Assembly (NCBI GenBank): GCA_048128005.1
Contig: JBEUKZ010000077.1
Span: 239,764 to 259,763 of the forward strand
Direction: 5' to 3'
Source: Veleropilina oligotropha
Lineage: Eukaryota
Length of the DNA: 20,000 nt
Shown here: positions 11,508 to 20,000 of the stretch, in pieces
Layout: every line of letters starts with the position of its first letter
Position numbering within the stretch: the stretch's first letter is position 1
Notes under the pieces: generated by a model
The model's input: only the letters and a program-made list of their open reading frames with translations
Databases searched by the model: none
Told to the model about the DNA's origin: nothing
Translations under genes and position numbers: made by a program

Positions 11508-13397
11508 TGTGACGGACCGAGCGGCGTCCCCACCCCCGAGGGACCAACCAAGCTACTGACACTAAACAGTCAATGAACTCCACCAACACTGTGGCGGACC
11601 GAACGGTGAAACACAAACAAGTGACAAGGGTTGCCACTAACTTTCGCGAATCGAGCGGTCAACCAACAACCCAACGGACCACCGTAGCCTCAAGCAGCAC
11701 CATATAGTCAAGTCAAACTCAACCAACACGCGATTACGCAATCGCGCGCACATTGTCGTCTCCCGTGATCGACAACTCCAGAGAAAAACTCAACCCAATT
11801 ATAAAGGAAATCGTGTAGTGAGTTGTTCTCTGTTCGAATGAAAACAACGTAATAAAAACTAATATATTTATTTATTAACCATTCCTATAATAAGATATAA
11901 GACACTATCCTACAGCTATACATCGATATGCGTTACTGGCTATTTCTTGATTGTTCATACACAATAAAAGCGGATTTAATAAAAGTGAAACTGACATGGT
12001 AAAGTTTGGTAAACGCTCTGTGACCTGAAATCGATTAGCGAGTAAACTTCAGAATAATCCTACTAAATAACACGGGGAGAAAAATGTAGTTATTACTCGA
12101 TATCCAATAATTAAACAAATACGACTCTGGCATAAAGGTGAGGTTATATCTCCACAACAGTCGGCAGTATATAAATGCCGTAAAATCTTGCATCATATTC
12201 TTCCAACACGACAACAAGTACCTGTAGCAAAACTACCCGTCAGCGGAATCACTACAAGATACCACCGTTGTCCAACAACGACCGTTCTACTTCCGGTCCT
12301 ATAGGTTGTTAGAACCAACCCAAAAAGGGAAAAGCTGATATTGCATTTCTCGCGTATTTAGCATCGAAATGGTACAGCGACTCCTCAGAATATAGCGTTC
12401 ATGTCCTCACACGCACCGTGATCACAAGATCCTTTAAAATATAACCAGAGCCGTCATATCATAAATATTAAATAATACATCCCCGCGTGATGAATACAAA
12501 CAGAAATGAGCAAAACGCACTCATGAATTAACTCTATCGTTTACGATTAAATTACCTCATCGCAAGAAAGTAAATAGCGTTACCAATAAAACTGAACAAG
12601 TTATCTCGCTAAACGAAAATGTTATCACAAGGCGTTAAAGATACAGCATCAGTAAACCATTTCAATAAGGTATAACATTAACAGAATTTCTATTACATAA
12701 TTTATCGCGAATGCACAGGAAATACAGTCTTCTCGCAGAGATCAAACTTCAACCTTGAACGAGTACGATGAGAGCACTTCAACAATGTTCTTAATATCTG
12801 ATAGTAGCACTTCCCGACCAACACGAAGCCTCGTTCCGCATAAGGTCCTCGCGGAGGTTCCGTAACTGTCCCAGGATAATTTACATCATGAAACAAGAGA
12901 CTATATAATATTATATTTCTAAACGACATTTTAAACTAATGCTAGCGATTAAATACAATGTTAGCTGTTAAATTCAAGAGAATGTTAGTAATTAAGGTCA
13001 CGTTTATAAAGATTCGTTTGCCAACTAGTGAAAAGTTAACTTACATGATCGAAATACACGGCGGATAGTAACAGAAATACAACAAAAGACGTTACATCGG
13101 ATTCACTCAACTTACATGGCCACAAACATACGACGAGACAATACGCCCTCCCTTGCGAGGTGTCGAGCCACAAGGAAAGAGAGATTTCACTCCCAGCATA
13201 GTGTTTTATAGAGAATAGTTTTGCATAACAAAAGGCAAACGTTATTTGCGGAACCGCACGATTTGAACGTTTAACATCAGGTGACTACAATGTCAATTTC
13301 ATGTAACCGATTAACAAATCACAACAGTGTACGGAAGGCGCTTAAGGCCATATAAATACATACACATATATTAAAGTGTCGAAACAAAATCGCGACA
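11508..13397. mobile_element. Probable solo LTR (1890 bp) of a second family
   Basis: Ends TGTGACG...CGCGACA with 4-bp TSD GTAG at 11504-11507 and 13398-13401. Removal restores the ORF1 frame (YNAVCDY-YKLNN). No long ORF and no terminal direct repeat. Orientation is possibly minus (TATAAAA at ~13204-13210 and AATAAA at ~11867-11876 on the - strand). Confidence 0.82.
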
Positions 13398-13603
13398 GTA
13401 GTCACACACTGCATTGTACAAGTCATAATCTTTAAAGGACACAACAATAGAACAGGCTCTTTCAGAGTTATTTTCAACACAGTACTCCATTGTGGTTAAA
13501 TCCATAAAAGATCCATTAATTGGCTGAGCTGGACTTACATTGTTCAGGCCTAGTATGTCCATTCCTGTGAAGCCATTGCATAGAAAGACTCCATGTCAGC
13601 CAT
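13398..13603 (-). pseudogene. LINE ORF1 N-terminal fragment
   Basis: MDILGLNNVSP...YDLYNAVCDY (from 13562) joins 11503 in frame. An upstream ATG at 13603 in context CAAGATGGCTG gives MADMESFYAMASQE, one base out of frame (frameshift or uORF). Confidence 0.8.
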
Positions 13604-15620
13604 CTTGGCTGCTGCAAGTTATCACAGGATGCAAAACAAATTGCCTGTGATATCTCCTGTAGTTATATCTGTTTTGATCGCCTGTTTTTTTGTATTTTAT
13701 AAAATTCTAATTTGATATACCGGTATAGGCCAATGTGGTAAAGGTGAAAGAAATATTTATTAATTTCATACTGTATCCAGAGTATAAATTCAAAAAGCAT
13801 GCTAATTAATTAGCTGATAGGAAGGAAGACGTAACATTTTTGTTTTATTGTTAAAATCTGTTAAAAATAGAATACTATTGTTTTATGTATGGAGAATAGG
13901 GATTTGTGATATCTAGAATGCAGTACGTGTTATATATTAATTATGAACACAACAAAGCAAAGGTAAATCGTTTTTCACACAAGAATGTCAAGTGTGCAAT
14001 GGTGAAATTGTGTCCATGCATGCTTTAATATTTGTGTAATAAATGAAATGTAAATTAATTAAACCACACGTCATGTTTTTATCAGAAAACAAGTTGTGAT
14101 AGTACATACGAGAGGCCGCGCACTCTACGATACCGAAAACTTGAAAGGCGAGGCTGATCGCCAAACGTTGGCTTACTCATGAAGGGAAATTTATTAAATG
14201 TGAGATCCCTAGGTTTATATGTAGCGCAAAAATCAGCAATTGATAATTAAGACGGGGATTAGTGCGGGAGTACGAATGCATGTCATCGCTTTTCAACAGT
14301 AAACAACAACAGACTGCATAAACTTCCGGTCTTTTTGCCACTACAACCTCGTTCTGACATACGCCATACGTCACGCTGTTGTCTCGAATGTCAATAAATG
14401 GTTGTTTGCAAAAAATATCATAAAATAATAACGGATGTGACCAACATACTGATTTACTGATAAAATCAAGTTACGGTGATAATATGTGTACATCATGGCT
14501 ATGTATAATGCCATATTTATATAATATTATAGCGAGCATGCAATGCGAGCTCTTCACACTATTGTGTATAAGGAAAAGACTTGTAAAGGAGCGAATTCAG
14601 GGGCAGGTAACTACCCACACACCATATATGGATTACAAACCAGCTGTGCAATCAGCTGGAAACGGAAATATAATTATTCAGATATGCGCTCGCATCTCGA
14701 TAATCTCGCGAGACCATTCTTCGCCATGATCGATTTACGCGACATTATTTGTTTGCGAAGATGGCCCGCAGTATTTCGTTCATAGATTTATAAGCGTAAT
14801 CAATAAAGACATTTCATTGCTATATTTCCCTGACGTATATATATATATAATCTGCGTGCTAGTCACTAGGTAGAACCTGTAGTATATTATGCACTATATA
14901 ATATGACCAGTGGCTCAAAAGTCATTGAATGACAAATTATGATAAAACTTTGATAGGCCTATTAGAAAAGATGGCAGAAATGAAATATTGCTGAAAAATT
15001 GTATTCACAATGTACCAAATGTTACCTGCATATAGCACAATAATGAAGTAGAATAAAATAAAAATCAATAATATCGGCTACGTACATATTTATGTCAATG
15101 ATTACATTTTATGAGCCAAACCCCTGCCTACATCACTCGTACAACAATCTTCAACGCAAGACGAGTTATTGCCCTTGCCGGGTCCATACATCGTTGTAAC
15201 ATAGCACAATGGGCGCATGCGCAGGAGATTGACTCGTCAGTGAGGTCCTAATACAAATTTACACTATCTAATTTTCACTACTGTTCGTATTTGTCTATTC
15301 CTGGTTCATTTTCTAGGTCTGAGCCAATAAAAATGCCATCAATTTACTTTGTAGCCATAAACGTCATTTTCTGTGACGTATTCGCCAGTTTGCAATAAAG
15401 AACATCATCCAAAATCAAATAAATATCTTTTATAATTCCTCTTATATAATACCACTTTGTTCGCAATACCACTCGATTTGCAAATGACCGCCACCTGGGG
15501 ATTCCCCCTCGCTATGTAAGTAGCATAAACTAGAGCGACTTCTAATAAACGAATTAATTACTATCGATGGATAAGATTAGACATGTTGTAATTTCGACTT
15601 AAAGGTAGCATTCCATATAT

Positions 15621-15683
15621 GCGGCAATCCGGCAACAGGTATCCAGCATCCGGCATCCGCCATCAGGCATCCGGCAGCTTCCG
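15621..15683. repeat. Degenerate heptamer tandem repeat (GGCATCC)n
   Basis: GGCAATCC GGCAACA GGTATCC AGCATCC GGCATCC GCCATCA GGCATCC GGCAGC: about 8 units. Confidence 0.75.
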
Positions 15684-16018
15684 ATATGCGTGATTCCATA
15701 TACATGGCAAACACATGCGGTTTCATTATTTTGGCCGTCAACCTCTTACAGAGATGGGTGGATATTAGATATAGCAATTTCAGTTGGATCAAGCTGTAAT
15801 TTTGATAACAATAATGGCTTCTGAAATGTTGAAATTGAATGACAACAGGAAGATAAAAACATCACTGTTCGGTGCATAGAGAGAAGTTTCAACAGAGAAC
15901 AATTTACCCAATTATTGTTGCTCGTAGAAGATTACCTGGTGAAACCACAGACCTAGCTGGTTTTACACGATCCAATTTGTCGTCCAACTAGTTGCCCAAC
16001 TAGTTGGACTGGGACTGG

Positions 16019-16124
16019 GTCGACCTGATTCCACGTTTGTGGGACATAAAATCGAATGATTACCACAAAAAAGATGTCAGAAACAAATCATGGATGTTTC
16101 TATGCAGAGGACTAGAAGTAGAAG
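16019..16124 (+). pseudogene. MADF (Myb/SANT-like) domain, N-terminal exon fragment
   Basis: Manual translation VDLIPRLWDIKSNDYHKKDVRNKSWMFLCRGLEVE fits the MADF pattern P.LWD....Y.....R...W. It ends at a phase-1 donor G|GTACGT (16125). No start codon was found upstream. Confidence 0.75.
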
Positions 16125-19100
16125 GTACGTTATGATAAATAGTTACCATGAATATTCTTTCTCGCGTAATACTTGTTCCAGAACATTGGAGGGAGTGGAG
16201 TGGGGATGAATGCCCATACAAGTAAATGTTAAATCACATCATATTTAGCACCGCAAAATTCCATAACTGTTTTATTATATAGGGCCTACTTCAACCACAA
16301 ACATCTATTTGTGAATTAAAAGTTTAATTACGTCAATACACCAGAAGAAATACACCACTTTAAATTATAGTTTGCAAACTTCAATGTGTAAATTTCCCAA
16401 ACAATTGGCAATTATTTAACAGAAAATGTAGCTAAACGAACCGTCGTTTCCACGGGAGCGGTGTCAACAATTGTGGTCGTCTGCAATTTACACCAGCAGC
16501 TTGACTGCGCGTGCACTTCGATTGAAATTGAGATATAAAGGGGCGTTGCGTAAACCATATTTGGACAGTTGATATTCTCTGGAAAAAGTGGTGAATAAGT
16601 ATATTTGTGAATTACTCACGTGTATAGGATCCGGCTAATGGGAATGCGTTTATTTATCAAGTATATAATAATACAAATTATTTAACATAACAAGACCATC
16701 GAACGAAGCCACATACAGTCGCGACATTTTCGGACAGTAAATTATTCACAATAAATTTAAGTGAAAATTGCTAGCACTCGTTTAATGGAACATGAACGCA
16801 ATTACAAAATAACTACGATTATACAATATATACCCATCTAGAGACCATTCGAAGCATGTCTTCAAAGTTACATTAAATTAGAATTACATTAAATCTCTAA
16901 AACTGTAAGGGTTGTTAACGTCACAAGGACATATCAATGAATAAAGAGACGGACATTGCCATATGGAACGTTCCGCTTCTATGAAGATGCTGATTCCACG
17001 TCAGTTACGTAAATGGGATTTAACGCCAATTAATCTAACTCTTTTGTATGTATTATTTGCATAAAGTTATGCTGGATTAGAGATTACCATATCCAGAAAA
17101 AAATATAAGATATAGTAATAAATGTTTAAAACGTCGATATTGAATAAAAGACGTGCATCTTTTATTCTCGTTGATCATTCACGTTTCTTAGTTTCTAAAC
17201 ATTTTATCTGAGCATAAAGCTCAAATTAATGGCATGCACTGTATTTTAATATTATTCGATGCATAATATATTGCTATTATTATGATATTGTAACATTAAA
17301 ATAAACGATTAGGGAAACCCGCTCTGCGACATTGGTGCAAATCCTCTCGATGCAACATCACATTGGGGCGGAACTGCCAGTTATATACATTGGCTTTCAA
17401 TACAACCGTTCACGCTAAAATTATGTCGACGACTGAAGAGATTATCTACAAATTGGCATACTTTATGCTGCATTTTAACTTGCGAATCGTCAAATGAGTA
17501 GGTGATAAATACAAATAATATCCCATTTGTAGTTTTATTTCGAATGTAAATCACGTAACGAAATGGAATCAGCGTCATTAAAAAAGGCGGCCGTTTAAAA
17601 AGTGACATATGATATAAAATGAGATTAATCTTTTGAGCCAAAGACAAGTGCTAATGTGACAGGTATTTACATCCAATGCATGTATATATTAGCTGTATAA
17701 TACAACTATTTAGATTCACACATTATTATTCTGAACAATGTGATGTGTTGTAAAATTTATTCACCAAATATGTCATGTGGTTATATTTTAATGATGTGTA
17801 AATATTCACTGCAGTTATTGATGCATATCCATGATCAATTAATTCTATATAGATTATTGTATTGTATAAAGTCTTTGGACTGGAATTATTGCTTATATGT
17901 AACCAGGATTGATTATTTTCCCTGAACTTAACTGTTATATCCAAGGAGCGTAACTCTTGGTACACATGCTTTCTTGTGAATGTAGCGCTAAATATGCGAT
18001 TATTGTAGTAATCTGGCATTATTTCATGGTGATTGTTCAAGATGTGATTAGCGGAAGTATTTGTAGTACCAACCATATACATATTTACCTTCGATCTGCA
18101 ATAATAATTGCGTATTGCCACTTTTATGTGACATTTTTACCACTAGCAGACGAAGAGAAATTATTGGCGACCATGTTTTAGAGTGACGTCACGTTGCCTA
18201 GCAATGTCGGGAATCCCCAATTTTAAATAGCAACGCCGTGCGGTTTCCCAGAAAGCTCATTAGCATAAAGCAACAATACACTATTCTAGTCTCAAACGAG
18301 TTGGAATTAATACCTAAAAATGATATTACAAATTGTTTCTTCCTGTTTATTCTGTCATGATACCTTATGGAATGTGGAATGTCTAATAAAATTATTTAGG
18401 ATAAATATTACTTGGTAATAAATGTATGAGAATATCGGCACTTTGACGTCGAGGTTGCAATTGTACATCGTAGAACGTTCTATGGTATAAATAGCGGTGA
18501 GAATTTCGACTCGGGGTGAGTCAGTGAAATCAGACCACCAGGAAACATCTCTTAGGACCAACGACATCTGACAAATTACTTAATGTAAGTATTACTAAGT
18601 ACAGTTCCCATTATGCTATATATAACGTGTTAGAGTCAATGACTCTTGTATCGCTAAATAGCTGGGGTTAAGTCAATTGGTTCAAACGGTATTTAACAGC
18701 GGTACGGCTTATAAGAACTTAGGGAGTGATTATAAAGACTCGGAAGGTTCATAAAAGTCGTTCGTACCACATAGTTGACACTATGCGTGTCACTATAAAA
18801 GTATAATGTTAAATATTGGCGATTTCACAAGACAATACTGTAAATAAGGATTTAATATGAAATAGTACATAATATGCACCGTACATACAGTAGGAGATAA
18901 TTAGTGCGAACTGTAATATATTATTTATATGATTGCATTGCCTTCTTGTTATTATCGTTGTAATATGGTAAATAAACTGTTATTTATTATAAAGTGTTGT
19001 CTATGCAGACTCGTGCTGCTATAATATAATTAGCGATATAGTTCAAGGTGTACCGCGATTCGTGGAGACGGTTTGATCCTGACAGATTGGTGTGACCAGT

Positions 19101-19208
19101 ACGGAAGTAGAACACACCCCACCGTTCAAACGAAGATACAGTAATATATTTGCAAACGAACCCGTAACATATGCTATAATAACACCTGCTACTTTAGTCA
19201 TATTTCAG

Positions 19209-19411
19209 AGACCCAACAATATGCGGATATGTTGATGAAGAAACTGTCCAACTTGCGCACATACTACAACAAGGAGAGGAATAAAGTAAAGTCATCAAAA
19301 AAGAGCGGTGCGGGTGTTAAAGGTTTATACGTGTCATCTTGGTCTTTATATTCCCAAATGGATGCGTTTATGTCGGACAGTGGCGTTCCGCAAAAAGGGA
19401 CGTCAAATTTC
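19209..19411 (+). pseudogene. MADF domain, C-terminal exon
   Basis: Acceptor TTTCAG ends at 19208 and donor GTAAGT starts at 19412. Encodes TQQYADMLMKKLSNLRTYYNKERNKVKSSKKSGAGVKGLYVSSWSLYSQMDAF, the typical MADF helix 3 and KSG..W..Y..M.F tail. Confidence 0.85.
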
Positions 19412-19417
19412 GTAAGT

Positions 19418-20000
19418 TTACTGTATTACCCTCCACTGCCAATCTATCTGACCATCTGCATTGAAGTAATCACAATATTCATTTTGGATTTCTTTTGCTT
19501 CGCTGCTGCATCTGTTACCACCTTGATGGTTTTGTATTCGCCTCATTCCGGTCCTCTGCGTGCATTGGGACTCCTCTCTCCAGGTACCTTGTACTATATC
19601 GTGCGAGTTTACGTCTTCAAGGTCTAAACTCTCTGGTGGGGTGTATTGTTCCGTTGATTTCACTCTCAGAAAATTGTGCAAAGCACAAGCAGCCAGAACA
19701 AGTACAACACATTTATCTGGATTCAAGGGTATTGGCTTATTAAAAACACGGAATCTACTACTCAAAATGACAAATGCATTTTCCACAATACGTCGTGCAC
19801 GAGATAACCTGTAGTTGTAGATTCTCTTTTCATCATCTAACATTTTGGCAGAGTAGGGCTTCATCAGATATGGTTTTGAGGGCAAAAGCTTCATCAGCAA
19901 CCATAACATACGGAATATCCTTGTCTCTCCCTGGTAGTGGTCGTGGTGTTGGAAGATTTAATTTCCCGTCTTCAAAATTTCAATACAGGTTAGTTTCTTT
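19418..20000 (-). pseudogene. PIF/Harbinger (HARBI1-like) DDE transposase, C-terminal part
   Basis: LNLPTPRPLPG...PYVMVADEAFAL / KPYLMKPY...YNYRLSRARRIVENAF.IL..RFR...ACALHNF...YF...G.IDWQW*. One-base frameshift in the T run at ~19874-19877 and an in-frame TGA at 19980-19982. Confidence 0.93.

Larger units (their letters stand above)
1523..13610 (-). mobile_element. Near full-length CR1/L2-group non-LTR retrotransposon (LINE), interrupted by two LTR-type insertions
   Basis: Collinear on the - strand: ORF1 (13603 to 4960, in three pieces), ORF2 APE-RT (4905 to 1761), then a 3' UTR with stem-loop, AATAAA and a (TAC)6 tail. About 5.2 kb after removing 5150-10144 and 11508-13397. The 5' boundary is approximate. 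Confidence 0.92.
15956..20000. mobile_element. Decayed PIF/Harbinger DNA transposon (right end outside the window)
   Basis: A convergent MADF/Myb-like gene (+) and DDE_Tnp_4-type transposase (-) are the standard two-gene Harbinger layout. Putative left terminus GCTGGTTTTACACGA followed by a palindrome at 15982-16009. The matching TIR cannot be seen. Confidence 0.72.

Noticed and set aside
11508..11551. MVGPSGVGTPLGPSH as the ORF1 N-terminus
   Set aside because: It derives from the inserted solo LTR; the true N-terminus lies beyond 13398.
15621..15683. Short repeat array as a CRISPR-like or coding repeat
   Set aside because: Simple 7-bp tandem units without spacers, in a eukaryotic context.
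17726..18181. 131-aa minus-strand ORF and overlapping short ORFs in the MADF intron
   Set aside because: No recognisable domain; composition is consistent with chance AT-rich ORFs.
18129..19169. Candidate third solo LTR (TATG|TG...CA|TATG, or AACG|TG at 18628 ...CA|AACG)
   Set aside because: Several incompatible 4-bp TSD pairings fit, none has matching terminal inverted repeats, and there is no empty-site evidence.

Overview
AT-rich eukaryotic (probably invertebrate animal) DNA made almost entirely of nested transposable elements; no host gene is recognisable. The left two-thirds is one near full-length CR1/L2-group LINE on the - strand (~1523-13610, ~5.2 kb once insertions are removed). Its ORF2 (APE endonuclease + RT) is frameshifted. 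Its ORF1 is cut into three pieces by two TG..CA insertions with 4-bp target-site duplications: a 5.0-kb non-coding two-LTR element (5150-10144, TSD CAGG) and a 1.9-kb probable solo LTR (11508-13397, TSD GTAG). Removing both restores one in-frame ORF1 of ~569 codons (coiled coil + SGNH esterase + two CCHC zinc knuckles) with one internal stop. The 3' LTR of the larger element carries a 454-bp non-autonomous Helitron (TC...hairpin-CTAG, inserted at A^T), giving three levels of nesting. The right end is a decayed PIF/Harbinger element. It has a palindromic putative terminus at ~15956, a MADF/Myb-like gene split by a phase-matched 3.08-kb intron, and a convergent DDE transposase pseudogene running off the window. 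A (TA)n microsatellite and a probable tRNA-derived SINE relic lie at the left end. I found no evidence of a fundamentally new system; the main interest is the reconstructable nesting, the ORF1 domain architecture and the non-coding LTR element.
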